Assembly: GCA_051294375.1 (NCBI GenBank) | Contig: CM119267.1 | Span: forward strand, 13,755,326-13,819,325 | Direction of reading: 5' to 3' | DNA: 64,000 nucleotides | Source of the DNA: Paraspadella gotoi | Lineage: Eukaryota > Animalia > Chaetognatha | Shown: piece after piece, positions 25,701 through 39,004 of the stretch | Position numbering within the stretch: the stretch's first letter is position 1 | Layout of the letters: each line of letters starts with the position of its first letter | Program-made: the position numbers and the translations under genes | Notes under the pieces: model-generated | Told to the model about the DNA's origin: nothing | Databases searched by the model: none | What the model saw: the letters and a program-made list of their open reading frames with translations, nothing else

Positions 25701-28700
25701 TCTGTAAATATATAAAAATATTTTCATTTGATTAACGTTTAGGATTGAAACAATCTTTGAAATATTATACCTTTTCATTGACAGTGAAGCCAAGTACTCT
25801 AGGAGACGAGACTGAGAGATTCTTGATTGAAAGCTTGCAGAGACCTGCTATGTCATTAGCTGTAAGAGTGATGGAGGCCTTAAACCACCATAGCCTGTCC
25901 AAAGTCAGGGGCAAGATAGCTTTTTTATTAAATGATCGGATAATTTTAAATTGGCTGTAACAATTTCATTGAAAAAACTTTTATCATTTTAAATGAAAAT
26001 AAAAATAAACAAGTTTAAACAATGCCGGATCTGCCCACGATCTTAAGCAGCTGATCAGAGAATTAATTAATTAATAGTAATTTTTTAATTTGTGTTTAAT
26101 TTAGTTATCCACTTTGTCTTTCCTCTCAATTAATTTATTTTGTGATCGAGATTGTTTTGTTATTAATTAATTAACATGATTCTACTTATTAAATTCTAAA
26201 TATAAATTATAAATAAATGCAAATTTAATTTGGCTTTTAAAAATGTGGCACTATTATCTATGATCTATATTTTACAGAGGTCTCGCTCTTTTGGGACGAG
26301 TAAATAAAAAAATAATCCAATGAAAATTCGTGCATTTGTAAAAAAAGGTTAGGGTCAGTTACTGTTATGGTTTACTTTTTATTAAAATTAACCATAACAA
26401 TAAAATTATAAAAAAATTATTAACGATATTATCAGATCATTAAGTTAATCATGTAAAATTTCGGAATGCATATTAATAAGGTCAAAATAGTAAGAAAAAT
26501 ATAGTATTAAACGATTTTAGAATATTCGTTAAAATCTTCTTAAATTTTTTTTTATTTACCTAAAAAAATTGAATAAGTTTAATTTGGATAGTGATGAAAA
26601 GCTTAAAATGAGGTCAATTGAAGATAAGACATAACACTTATGTTCAGAAACGACCCTTAAAAATATTAACTAGTGGAGAAGACGAAAATAATAATAATAA
26701 AAGTGAGGAGAAGGTGAAGAATTGTAACGATGTAAGAGAAGTAGAAAAGAAGTGAGACTTGCTCTCTCCTGATCCACTTTTATCAACGCCCGGACCAACT
26801 TGACCTTACGGTCGCCTCGGCCCTATTACTGGGTCTGGTCAATCTAAGGTCATTGCCAAAGCTAGGGCAAAGTGACCGTGTGGATAGACCGGCTCTTAGA
26901 AAGAGGAGAGAGGAAGGGTTTCGAGAGAAAGACCGGTGGTAAGTCGCCTCACTAGTATGGCTTTTATCATATACAATATAATACGCGCGCATAAAAACGA
27001 TTGTTTTGAAAACATCCACGATGTTTTAAAGTTGCTTAAAAAATTTTGTTGTTTCATTGTATATTAAAGTAAAAAGCTAAAACCACAATTGTTTATATCG
27101 ATCGAAAGAAAGTTTAGTATTTAAATATAATCCTTTTTTTCTCTAACATAAACCGTTTTTCTGCTGTAAGTGTAAGCACTTGAAATTAGTCTCATTAGAG
27201 CTGGACCTCCCTGTACTTTACTGTGTTCTTTCATGTTAAGATTTTTTTTAGTTGTCGCGGACTTATTCTGTTGGAGACTTATACCGCTGATGCTTCAGCA
27301 GAGTTTGTGTCCAAGTTACCTTCTTTTCTCAATGTCTTAAGAGAAGTCACTGGAGATCCTCAATATTCCATGTACAATTTGGCTCTTAAAGATGAAGGTA
27401 TTGAGGAATTTGCTTTTCATTATACTAGTTGATGTTATCCGTTATTATTCCGAATTTTCTTTCAGTTCAGGAAATGCGTGATATACGGCGGCGAATCAAG
27501 AGCGAAGGTGGTCCCCAACTAATGAACCAAATAAGGAATGCTCGACTGTCCACTCGTACCACCTCGCTGTCAAGCAACGATGATACTGGCCCTGAGGTTC
27601 GCATTATGATTTTACGTGATATGCTTTTTATTATAAAATGGTCCCATCCTCGCTTAATAAAAGGATCTTGATCGACTAATTGGAACTACACCTGAACAAG
27701 CTGTCGGATCCTCTGCTCCGAATCTTAGCAATGGTACTTCAATACCAGATGAAGATGTTAATTGTAGTAAGTACGAGCTACTTCGACTTTCTCCTTTGTG
27801 GTGGAGGCCAATAAATTTTTTTTTCCGGTTTACGGATGAATCTGTAGAATTATCCGCCCGAATCTCAGGAAGCTAGGGTGAAGTATAATACTTGTAGATT
27901 ACCTATTACTGATATGTGATAAATGTAATATTAAAAACTTAAAATTTATGACAGATGTATCCTGGCACTTGAAAATACAGCCTAATCTCTACGAGTTTTA
28001 CTTTTAGTCTTTTTGTTCAATTTGAATAAAAAACTATTTTTTCTGTTATGGCCTAGGGGGCGAGACTGTTAAATTTTAGTATGTCCTCTCGCTAGAGGCA
28101 GGAAGCGCTTCGCAGCCCTATCTCCAAACGATGGGAGACCCATTCTCTGGCGATCAGCTTCGTTACAAAAACACTATTTCTATTAGTTTGTCATTTACTT
28201 ATTCAGTTATTGTAATAAGAATTCCCTAGGGATACGTTGTTCATTCAAAAGAACCGTTTGTTGACTTATGTCTATAGGTAGTCACTAAGTCAGCTATGGA
28301 AAGATAGAGGGCGATATCATATTTTTTTTCTGATTACAGCTGAGGATGAAACAACGGATCCATTTTGATTATTATTTTGATAACGAAATATGATGCGATA
28401 ATCCTTTCATTTTCGTTGTTTATTGGTATTAGAGAAAGCAAAGAATTTTGAATTTTTAACAACGATTTTTAATTAATAGTTGGACATGTTTCGGCTTGTT
28501 TACTTCAAGCCTCACTTAATCTGCCCTCACCTTCAACCTGTCCTCACATCTGACCACTATTCTGTCTCATCACTTTGTTGGAAAAACTTTTACCCTCTCT
28601 CTCTCTCTCTCACACTCTTCTTTTACACAAAATTTATTATTGAATGTCATATGCTGTTGAAGGCTTGAAGTAAACAAGCCGAAACATGTCCAACTATTAA

Positions 28701-29195
28701 TTAAAAATCGTTGTTAAAAATTCAAAATTCTTTGCTTTCTCTGATAACGAAATATAAAAAAAATACCCACAATGTAGTTATTTTAGCTGTTAATCTGACA
28801 ATTTTTAATGCATTTTTTATTTATTTTTAAAATTTTTATTTGTAATATTGCCAGTACATATTTCTAGATTTTAAATCTACAAAAATCTACGAGTTTTGTC
28901 GAATTGTTATTCCTTTTCAATATAGATATTCCTATATTTTTCAGATCAAAAAAGCCGAACCAAAGGTGGAGCCGTATGTCTCAATGATGTCGTCAATCAC
29001 GCTATGATTTCGAGCAAGAAGGTGAACTTCGGACGCGAGGAAAATGCTGTGAAGTTTCCCGTTACTTTCCATCCGGCTGATTGCCTCGATTTCAACGTGT
29101 CATCCCGAAATTTCGCCGAGAAAATTGAGTCGATGCCGGAGTTTGCCAATAATTCCTCTCATCCTCAACGTTCCATTTCGTCTCCCCCAAACTAA
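19713..29195 (+). CDS. Ttd14: TRPL translocation defect protein 14-like (N-terminal NadR/AAA_28-type P-loop domain plus CYTH-like C-terminal domain)
   Basis: Phase-consistent GT-AG exons: 19713-19790 (least certain), 20139-20220, 20288-20355, 20982-21019, 21082-21133, 21592-21706, 21899-21993, 22252-22356, 23119-23292, 23375-23575, 25033-25148, 27252-27397, 27466-27596, 27664-27766, 28945-29195. Motifs: [89 protein letters not shown] near 29406. Confidence 0.9.
22369..23055. mobile_element. Tc1/mariner-type MITE (TA-CAGAAGGCTTC.. TIR); related copy at 25400-25707
   Basis: TIR ACAGAAGGCTTCAAATTAGAAAATGATACGCCG / CGGCGTATTATTTTCTAATATGAAGGCTTTTGT with TA flanks. Confidence 0.65.
23635..24462 (-). 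mobile_element. Helentron-associated non-autonomous element (HINE/DINE-1-like)
   Basis: subTIR GTCGGATCT(A)GC / GCAGATCCGAC, short internal IR, GGAC microsatellite, terminal small hairpin plus CTTGTT, inserted in T/A runs. Confidence 0.75.
24494..24760 (-). pseudogene. Tc1/mariner (maT/DD37D-like) transposase C-terminal relic
   Basis: Frameshifted DFWPCKS-DCNPL (WPPxSPDLNPLD motif), then [41 protein letters not shown], matching the ..L...I......V.KA...F..RLE.V..A.G C-terminus. Confidence 0.6.
25168..25399 (-). mobile_element. Solo-LTR-like/TRIM element, family B copy 1 (tRNA-like head plus twister), in a Ttd14 intron
   Basis: TSD ACAG (25164-25167 / 25400-25403); removing the element restores the TIR of the adjacent MITE. 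A 72-nt tRNA-like segment at 25366-25295 has acceptor stem GCGGCCA/UGGUCGC and a B-box-like GGTTCTAGCCC. 5' hairpin GGTGGA/TCCACC. Confidence 0.87.
25217..25292 (-). ncRNA. Twister ribozyme, type P5 permutation (family B)
   Basis: Minus strand: P5 AGCAGU - uaa - GAGG - GA CGG - P1 GGCGCU - UAA - CCC - GC - P3 CUGUAACAC/GUGUUACAG - P4 CCUGA - L4 U CCG AAGC - UCAGG - g - P5' ACUGCU. Predicted cleavage between 25268 and 25267. P2 has only about 2 canonical pairs. Confidence 0.82.
28431..28741. mobile_element. PLE pseudo-LTR foldback, hammerhead mutated (CTGTTGA)
   Basis: Inverted arms 28431-28512 / 28660-28741; GGCTT..AAGCC-GAAA-CATGTC; spacer similar to the 1-kb foldback arms. Confidence 0.65.
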
Positions 29196-29543
29196 TGTCG
29201 TTTGCCCACACCCACCTTCAACCACTACCAGCCTGCGTGAACAATTAAAACGCCCAATTTTTCTTAGATTTGAGTGTTGAGAAAAGTTTTGAACCCCCAT
29301 TTTTTTTCGTAACAGATTGCTAATTTCGAGTTTGTTTTTTTACTTTTTTACAATTTAAAGAAATGTTGAAAGGCATGAGTACAATTAATGTGAAAATTAT
29401 CTGATAATAAAGCAGTGTGGAAAGCCTCGATTTAGCTTTGCCTTCTTTTCGTCGCCGTTTTCGAGGAAATCCAATGCAATTGATCGTAATTGCTTCTCCC
29501 TATAAATCAATTTTTCCGCCAGTTTAAGCCGGCTTATCTTTAC

Positions 29544-32060
29544 ATTCGCCGACCGGGATTTTGTGGTCGGTTATTTTTTTTTTGCTTCTTATGAGCAACA
29601 TAGAAAAATTTCGTTACGAAAAAAAAAATATTGGTAAAGATAAAAAACTTTTTATTACAAATCCCTATTACTAACCACTTGAGTGATGTGAAAATGATCA
29701 AATTTTTAGAAAATTAAAATTTAGCATATAAAACATAAAAATAAATACCAATAAAAATACTTTCGTAAATTTACTTTTTAATTTTATACATTAGTCGGCA
29801 CAAGTGAGGTATATTTATATATAGTAATAACTAAGAAGTATATAATAGGCTAAAATTTCAAAATACAATTTTTTAAATTTTCTGATCGGATTTAAATTAC
29901 TTGCAAAAAGTTGATATAAGAAAATATAATTCGTTTTTAAAAATTCTTTCATTAAGTTGGTCAAAAATGTAAAAAATATATTTAAGACGCTGATTTTCAA
30001 TTTCCAGCTTAATTACCACCCCTAATTCTCAATTGATAACCGTTTAAAAAATATAACATAAAAATATTATTAAGAAATAAATTTTGTACATGTTTCTGCT
30101 TCAATGTAAGTTAACCTTCATCAGCGTAAAAACGAATTGATTTGTAAAACAAATATTTTGAAGTTTTGAAGTTTGAAGAGAGAGCTGAAACTTATCCAAA
30201 ATTTATATTTCTATATAAAATGTGTAAGTAAATAAGCTATTCATTTTTTACCTCAAACATCTTTTGCTAAAACTGGTCAGTGCTTTGTTAATCCATTTAA
30301 TTTTGTTTTCCCTCTAATGTCGAGTTTTAATTTGTTTAGTAATATAAATTTTATAATAAACAATAATTTTTAAATTTATTTTAATTGTTATTTTTATGTT
30401 TGAGGTAGAAAATTAAAGTGTAAAAACAGAGTTGTGAAACAAATATTTTTATTGACTCTTTTTCTTTTTCTTTTTTTAAACTTAAAAAATTGTGAAAAAT
30501 ATTTGTTTCATAACTCAATTCGTTTTTGCGCTGGTGAAGGTTTACATTGAAGCCGAAACATGTCAGAAATTTGTTTTTTAATAAAACTCGTAAGTAAATA
30601 AAAAAATAAAAATCAATATTTTTATATTATATTTTTTAAACGGTTAGCAATTGAGTTAAGGTTGTTTAGGCATTAGGGGTGGTTAGTAGTGATGTGAAAA
30701 TGATAAAATTAAAATTTAGCATATAAAATATGAATATAAAAACTAATAAAAATATTTTCATAAATTTTTGAATTTTATAGTTAGCTATATTTATATATAG
30801 TAATAAGTATATAATAACTAAAATTTCAAAATACAAATTTTTAAATTTTAAGATCGGATTTAGATTCCTTGCAAAAGGCAAAAAGTATAATTTTTTTAAA
30901 AAAATTCTTTCATTAAGTTGGTCAAAAATATAAAAAAAACTATATTTAAGACGCCAATTTTTAATTTCCAGTTTAAAAATTTAGTTTTTTAAAATTTTAA
31001 CCTATTTAATAACATAATTTTTAAAAAAGATTTATATTTTCTTTTATCAACTTTTAATGAGGAATCTGAATCTGTTCTCAGAATTTAAAACAAAATATTT
31101 TGAAAATTTTGACATTATATAAGGGTAGTACTATCTACAAAATAAGCTTACTGGGTTATTCTATTTGTAAAAAAAGAAAGAGTATTCACATATGATAGTT
31201 TTCGAGATATAACTGTTAAATTTTGATTCCAAACTTTTACTTCACCCTAGTGGTTATTGGTTAAGGTTAGGAGTAGTTAAGGATTTATAATAAGTTTTTC
31301 TACCCTTACCAGAAAAGCGTAGTAAAAATTTTAAATTTAACTTTTTCCTGACCCGCACAGATCGGTACTGCCCCTCCTTCACGCGACCGAGGGGGGCCAA
31401 ATCATTTTGAGCTCTATCTTTATCTCTTATTATTTCTAAAACTGTATATCAGTATGCTATATTTATACTAATATTAGTTTAATAAATGTTAAAATTTCAA
31501 AATAGTTTTTTTGTAAGATTTTTTTTGAAGATTTGGATTCATCATGAAAAGTTTTTATTAAGAAATATGATGCGATAAACCTTTAGTTTTCGTTGTTATT
31601 AGGATATATAAAGAAATATAACTCTTTTTTAAAAAACCTATATTTTAAGCTGAAAATGAAAATTTTATATATTAAATATAGTTTTTTTTATTTTTAACCC
31701 ACTTAATGAAAGAATTTTTAAAAATGATTTATATTTATTTCTATTAACTTTGGACGAGGAATTCAAATCTGCAATCAAAATTTTAAAAAAGCCTATTTTG
31801 AAATTTTTCGATTTTATAAGGATAGTACTATATATAAATATAGCTTACTGCGAAAATTGAAGAATATAAAATTATTTTTTTTTATAAATTAATGTTCACT
31901 GATGGTATGTTGTGAATAATTGACATTTAGAATTTTCGTATGTAACTTTCACTACACTCTACTTACCAGTATCCTTTTTTTATTTTTTAGCAATGAGATT
32001 TCTATACATCGCTCATAGAAAGCAAAAAAAAAATAACCGACCGCAAAATTCCGGTCGAAT
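29544..32060. mobile_element. TIR MITE with nested insertions; single ends also at ~16425, 38715, 62640
   Basis: ATTCGCCGACCGGGATTTTGTGGTCGGTTATTTTT..CTTATGAGC is inverted at 32010-32060. Confidence 0.6.
30025..30658. repeat. Foldback repeat with degenerate hammerhead-like motifs; a related copy lies at ~62835-63150
   Basis: Inverted arms; CTGGTGAAGG..GCCGAAACATGTC at ~30531-30564 and a reverse degenerate copy at ~30087-30125. Confidence 0.5.
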
Positions 32061-33344
32061 TTAAAAATAATTTAAAACAATTAAAATAAATTTAAAACAA
32101 TTATTATTTATTATAAAATTATAAAATTTGTATTACTGAACCAAAAAAATGTATATTATTGCGCAACCTGAGACTCGACGCGAGAGGGAAAACAAAATTA
32201 AGTTAAGAGATTGTCTCCCTCTCTTTACACAGGGTGCATATATGTAATTATGTATTTTGAAAGATTTACGATCAAAAATTCTAAATCTCTCTTTTTAGTA
32301 GATCATTTATCTCGGTTAAAAATCTCGTTATAGATTAAACTATTTCTATAAACTTGTTAAAGTTTGAATAGTTTAAGTAAAGCTCATTATTGTTGATTTT
32401 GCAAATGTTTATTTCGAAACCTTTTGCTGTGTGTATTAGATTTATCTGCTTTCAACATTTCTTGCCGTGATCTTGACAAAACTTATTTCTAAGAAATACT
32501 TATTATTATAAACCATGCGTTCTTTTATTACTCCTGTTACTGCACTAAATACGGCAATAGGACAAAAGTTCTACGCCGAATCATAAATATCTTTCAAAAT
32601 CCAATTTTCACGCATCGATGCGTGGATAGTGATAATTATTATTATATCATATCCCTAAGTGACTGTTTATTAATGCCGTTGTTGACCCACGTAATTTTCC
32701 AATCCCTTAATTATATATTCCAGAATTAATAAAATGACGTTTTCTTTTGGTCTCACATCGAAAAATTAAGGTTTTAAATTTTTGTCAAGAGGAAATAGCT
32801 TTAGTGGCTTTAAAGATACGTAATGTTAAATGGTTAAATCCAAAATTATTTTATTCTGTATATCCACATAAAGCGGTATCATTTTATGCGGAATGGTACT
32901 AATGGGTGAATAATAAAAATTTAAATGCTAATCTATTACTTTTCTAACAATTTATATTCTGTTATTAATTTTGTGGTTTTATAAGATTCAATAGTTTGTC
33001 TAATTGTTTGAAGGAAAATGTATAAAAAATCCATTTCCTAACAACTTCTTTCATTGCAGGGGGATTATCGATGCACTTACTTCTCTTTGTTAATTTATAG
33101 GACGATCAGATCATATTTCTCTTTCCGCCTTTGGAATTACCTGGGCGCAAGCGGCATGTAAGATAAAAAGCTAAGCCTCTCGATTTTATCATTAATAAGG
33201 CGTAGTGAAAGTTACAGATCAAAATTCGAATAGTTGTTCAATGTTCAATGTTCATGAACAGTCTTGTATTCAAGAACATTGATATATAAAAAAAAAAAAA
33301 TTAAATTATCAATTTTCGCGTACGCCCATATATATTTCATACAA

Positions 33345-33800
33345 TTGAAACATTCTTTGAAATATACCACTTCATTGATAGGGAAGCCAGGTACTCTGGG
33401 AGTGAATAAACGACTGTGAGAGAGTCTTGATTAAAAGCTTGCAGGGACCTGCTATGTCATTATCTTGTAAGAGTGATGGAGGCCTTAAACCACCAAAGCC
33501 TGTCCAAAGTCAGGGGCAAGATAGCTTATTTATTAAATGAATGGATAATTTTTATATTGGTTGTACCAATTTCATAAAATTCAGCTCCTTGTATTTTGAT
33601 GCGAGTGCGGAGTACAATAAGTATTCCCCGATCTAATACTTAAGGGAGTGTTCTTTTCATACAATTGAAACATTCTTTGAAATATTATACCACTTCATTG
33701 ATAGGGAAGCCAGGTACTCTGGGAGTGAATAAACGAGACTGTGAGAGAGTCTTGATTGAAAGCTTGCAGGAGCCTGCTATGTCATTATCTGTAAGAGTGA
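33345..33800. repeat. ~230-bp dispersed repeat of unknown class, here in tandem; also at 25745-25970, 53485-53690 and 61866-61972 (inverted)
   Basis: Shared core GCCTTAAACCACCAAAGCCTGTCCAAAGTCAGGGGCAAGATAGC. Confidence 0.8.
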
Positions 33801-33964
33801 TTGGGGAGTGAATTGAAATTTTGTATGTGGGTAGGATAGTGTGTGATTAAGCTGGAAATCAAGTTTCAATGGAATCGTCTGAGTGGAAATGAGTTTAAAT
33901 GAAAAAAAAAACCTGTTTCACTAATTGATTATGCTTCTTTTTCTTTTTATATTAAAAGATAAGA

Positions 33965-34672
33965 TTTATTAATTAATCAAATAATTAATGAGTTAATTAA
34001 TCAAATAATTAATGAGTTAATCAAATAATTAATGAGTATTAATCAATAATTAATTAATCAATAATTAATAAGTTAATTAATCAAATAATTAATAAGTTAA
34101 TTAATCAATAATTAATAAGTTAATCAATAATTAATGAGTTAATCAAATAATTAATGAGTTAATTAATCAAATAATTAATGAGTTAATTAATCAAATAATT
34201 AATGAGTTAATTAATCAAATAATTAATGAGTTAATTAATCAATAATTAATGAGTTAATAATCAATAATTAATGAGTTAATTAATCAAATAATTAATGAGT
34301 TAATCAAATAATTAATGGTTAATTAATCAAATAATTAATGAGTTAATTAATCAAATAATTAATGAGTTAATTAATCAAATAATTAATGAGTTAATTATCA
34401 AATAATTAATGAGTTAATTAATCAAATAATTAATGAGTTAATTAATCAATAATTAATGAGTTAATTAATCAAATAATTAATAGTTAATTAATCAATAATT
34501 AATGAGTTAATCAAATAATTAATGAGTTAATCAAATAATTAATGAGTTAATCAAATAATTAATGAGTTAATCAAATAATTAATGAGTTAATCAAATAATT
34601 AATGAGTTAATCAAATAATTAATGAGTTAATCAAATAATTAATGAGTTAATCAAATAATTAATGAGTTAATC
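33965..34672. repeat. 20/24-bp tandem satellite (GAGTTAATCAAATAATTAAT)n inside a HINE
   Basis: Directly visible tandem array. Confidence 0.95.
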
Positions 34673-35056
34673 GGTCAATTAAGCAATTATTTAATTTATT
34701 TAGTTATCAATAATTAATTATTCAATCAATCAATTTATAAATTAATTATTTAATCAAGTCAATCTTTATTGGCATCATCGTCGTCGTTGCTTTTGTCGTG
34801 GTCAGTGACGAAAAGACCTAAAACAAACATTTCAGATCAAATTAATTAATTTATTAATTAAATTGTTTTAGTTTATATAGTTTGTATTAATTAATTAATT
34901 AATTACCGCTAATGATCGTGGGCAGATCCGACATAGTTTGCTCAAACTTGTTTATATTAGAATTAAATTATAAGTTAACCGTTTTTTAGGATTTTGACCC
35001 ACTTAATGAAATAATTTTCTAAAAAGGGTTTTGTGTTAAGCCTTTCTTTTTGTTGT

Positions 35057-35388
35057 TTTAGATTTAAGTGAAACGTAATTTTCATAAAACAACATTTTAA
35101 TTTTATTTTAGATAAAATTAGACATGTTTTGGCTCAGATTTCGAGCCTTCATTTGATTCATTTGAAAACCACACCTGTCCTCACATTTAACCACTTTCCT
35201 TTACTCAATTCTTTGTTGGAAACTTTCTTTTCTCTCTCTCTCTCTCACCAACTCAATGTTTGTGAAAATTATTTGTGGTTTTCAAATGCTGATGAAGGCT
35301 CGAAATCTGAGCCGAAACATGTCCAATTTTATCTAAAATAAAATTAAATTGTTTTTTCACGAATATTTCGTTTCACTTAAATCTAAAA
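35057..35388. mobile_element. PLE pseudo-LTR foldback with minimal hammerhead (35284-35328, +)
   Basis: CTGATGA-A-GGCTC..GAGCC-GAAA-CATG-TC; inverted truncated copy at 35120-35153. Confidence 0.7.
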
Positions 35389-36231
35389 AGCGTTATATTT
35401 CCTTTTATCAACTTTTCGTGATGAATTCGAATCTGCTTTCAAATATAGGAAAAAACGTATGGGCGTATGCAAAAATTGAAAAATAAAAAACAAATTTTAA
35501 TTTAAAAAAGTTCACAGGTACAAGTCTGTTCATGATTTACTATTAGAATTTTGATTCTACTTGATTTTAATATTTTTGCTACGCTTTGTAGCATTGCATT
35601 AGACGGTTTAAAACAAAATATACTGGGATCTTTTTTTGCTTATGATCCGTGCGGTTTACGTTGCATAATTTCTGCTGTGGCTTAACTTTCATCGAATGTA
35701 CCAAAAGTTATAGAATTTTTATTAATTTTTTTTCAGTAGCTTTTTTTTTTTATAGGTTAAATCGTTTAGAAGTTACAAGCAAGTGAAAAATGGCAAAAAA
35801 AATTATATCATTTTAGTATAGTTATTTATTTTTATTTCAAATTGAATTAATTATTTTTATCTCGCCAGACTGGTTTAGATAACCATTTAGTATTGCTTCT
35901 TTATATCGTCGTCGTAACGCTGTTTCAACATTAAAAATAGCTCGTGTGTAACTATAAAAAGTTAACAATTTAAAAAACCTCAATGATAAAAAGCTATATT
36001 TAAATTTTTATATTTCATATTCCTTCACTCATTTGTTTGTTTTATTTCCAAAATAATTTTTATATATATAGTTATAAACGAATTTAGCTTTGTCGCGGCT
36101 GTCCAGTTCCTTTTTTAAATATATGTTGCTTTTTTTTTTTTGTCGTTGCTACTTCTGATTCGTGCAGTGGTTGTCCAGATTCTTTATATTTTTTTTTCCT
36201 TTCTTTTATACATGCATTTATTTTATTTACG

Positions 36232-36690
36232 ATAAATGATTATCATCGCACTAATGAATAATTATTTTTGCGTCAATGAATGATTATTATCGGGTCAATG
36301 AATGATTATGATTGCGTCAATGAATGATTATCATTGTCAATGAATGATTATCATTGCGTCAATGAATTATTATTATTGCGTCAATGAATGATTATCATTG
36401 CGTCAATGAATGATTATCATTGCGTCAATGAAGGATTATCATTGCGTCAATGAATGATTATCATTGCGTCAATGAAGGATTATCGTTGCGTCAATGAAGG
36501 ATTATCGTTGCGTCAATGAATGACTATCTTTGCGTCAATGAATGACTATCTTTGCGTCAATGAATGACTATCTTTGCGTCAATGAATAACTATCTTTGCG
36601 TCAATGAATAACTATCATTGCGTCAATGAATAACTATTATTTCGTCAATGATTATCATCCTATCAATATTTGGTTATCATTGCATCAATA
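36232..36690. repeat. 22-bp tandem repeat (TGCGTCAATGAATGATTATCAT)n; related arrays at ~1820-2070, 2330-2470, 2880-3120, 55150-55350
   Basis: Directly visible tandem units. Confidence 0.9.
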
Positions 36691-37047
36691 ATCTATTATT
36701 ATTATAACAATTAATTATTATTACATCAATTAATTATTTATTATTACTTCAATAATTTATTATTACATCAATTATTTATTTTTTTAGATTTTTTAATTTA
36801 TTTTTTTTATAGTAATGTATGGCGAGATCAATATACTTTTAAGATTTTTTTTAATTTGGGAATGCTAAAGGTACTGCAGTTTTTTTGGTTCATAAAGATA
36901 TTATTATAATTCTTAAAAAATAAAGAAAAACATATAATATTGGCAGCGGGGTTAAAAATTGTTTGAAAGGTATAAAAAGTATTTTTGTTATACCTCAATT
37001 TGTTGTACAAAAGCATGCTTAAACGAAAGCAAGCGGTAATCAATGTT

Positions 37048-37803
37048 GAAACAAGTTTTAGCAAACAATGTTGGATCTGCCCACGATCATTATCGGGAAT
37101 TAATTAATTAATAATTAATTCAAGTTAATTATTTCTTTAATTAATAATTCATTTATTCAAGTTAATTATTTAATTAAGCAATTAATTAATTTAATCCGAA
37201 ATGTTTGTTTTGATTGATTAATTGACTAATTAATTATTAATTGTCTAATTGATTAATTAACTGATTAATTATTTGATTAATTAATACATCTTGCATTTAT
37301 ATTTAAAATTAAAAAAAGCATAATCAATTAGTGAAATAAGTTCTTTGTTTTTCCATTTAAACTCATTTCCACACAAACGATTTTATCGAAACTTGATTTC
37401 CAGCTTAATCACACACTTTTTTACCCAAATACAAAATTTTAAGTCAATCGCCCTATCCATTCAAAAGTAATTGGTATTCAAATAGTGAAATATATTTTTT
37501 TGTTTTTTCCTTTTAAACTCATCGAAACTTCATATCCAGCTCAATCACACACTTCTTTACCCACACACAAAATTTTATTCCAATCCATCCATCCAATTAC
37601 GAGTAATTGGGTTTTTTTTGCTAAGGTGGGACGGACGGACAGACAGATGAACGGACGGATATAGTTTTTTTTGCATAATTTATTATAATTCGATGTTCTG
37701 ACATGATATAAGTGAATGCCCGACAAGATTGAGGGGGCGGATCGACGGACCGACAAAGTGAATTATAGAGTCGGGATCTGCTGAAAGCAGATCCGATTAA
37801 AAA
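37048..37803 (-). mobile_element. HINE/DINE-1-like element
   Basis: Same ends: AACAAGTTT..GGATCTGCC ... GATCTGCTGAAAGCAGATCCGA; GGAC repeats. Confidence 0.75.
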
Positions 37804-39004
37804 GGTACATTAAATATTCAGTATTTTATTTGTTTTATATATAAAAATTTTTATCTAATAAATGATTTTTTTAACAATTATATTATATACTTTTTACCTA
37901 TATGTTATTAATGTAATTTTTATATTGTCATGATGATTCCTTTAGAAATTAATGATTATCATTGATTATAATAAGTAAGTATCGGATTTATAAAACTAAA
38001 GCTGTCGATAATTAATTGCAAGTTTTATCTTGTGTTGAGAATGTGTTACATATATAACTTAAAATGAATGATCTTATTAAATTTTACAGGAGGGATATTA
38101 TCAATACCGCAAGCATAGAGCACGTGCATTGTCAGAGTCACATCATGTTGTTTCTGACATTCTTGAGGTAAGCTTAAAGGGTTGTAATTTACGAAAATCA
38201 CATTTTTGATCAATTTGTAAATAATCAATATTTCCGACAGGTTTGCGGGCGAAAGAAACGTCAGGATTCGAGCAGTAGCCAAGAAAACGTTCTTTGACAA
38301 GTAATATGATTTTTCAAAGACTTTTCTCAACAAAAACATTCGAGAAAAGTTTTATAAGATGCCTTTCTAGTCGATTGTCCATTATGCATTGTATACATTT
38401 TTTCACTACAAGCTTTTCCCTACTCTTGGTTTTGCGAAATACAGTACAATAATAACTAGAGTAATTCTTGGCTTAGTTTAGAAAGCGGAGGGCACTTAAA
38501 AAATACAATGTTGTTATTGGTTTTAAATGGCGCAATGAGATTAGCAATGAGTTGTGCCAGATTACTAGTTCTTCTTGTCGTCATCCGGGGCAAACTTTGG
38601 GAGTTGTCTAACGTACCAATCTGAGTTTGATATTGATTTTGTAGTTTTTTATGGCATTCAGCTTTTTAAGATGAAATTTTGGCACCTAAGCACGCAAGGC
38701 ATTTGGGGTTAATTTTACTTTCGCCGACCGGGGGTTAGGGGGTTTAGTGTTGAAGGTGGTTTACGGTTAGGGTAGTTATGGTTAAAAGGATTTAGGGTAT
38801 GGGTATTTAAGTAATTTTAAAAAAAATTTTTTAAAAAATAATATTTTTAAATGAATTTTTAAAAGACGCCAAATTAAGAAGCTGAGTGTCTAAAATTCTG
38901 AGTTGAAAATATCCACAACTTATTAATTGAATTAAGATTTAAAAACTGGTTTTGTAGGAAATAGAAACTTATTCAAAAATTTGGTGATTGAAAATATATA
39001 TTAA

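Larger units (their letters stand above)
33197..35589. mobile_element. TIR element (AGGCGTAG..CTACGCTT) with nested repeats; second copy at 56173-60663
   Basis: Left end TAAGGCGTAGTGAAAGTT..GATCAAAATTCGAATAGT and right end ACTATT.GAATTTTGATT..TTTGCTACGCTTT are shared by both copies; superfamily uncertain. Confidence 0.6.

Noticed and set aside
28050-28120. Twister-like GCGA-GA-CTG..AGGAAGC
   Set aside because: L4 lacks the U-NNN-AAGC register complementary to the partner triplet; UAA/P2 spacing is wrong.
32430-33160. Membrane-protein-like broken frames (also unassigned broken frames at 11230-11680 and 38050-38650)
   Set aside because: Multiple stops and no recognisable family motif.
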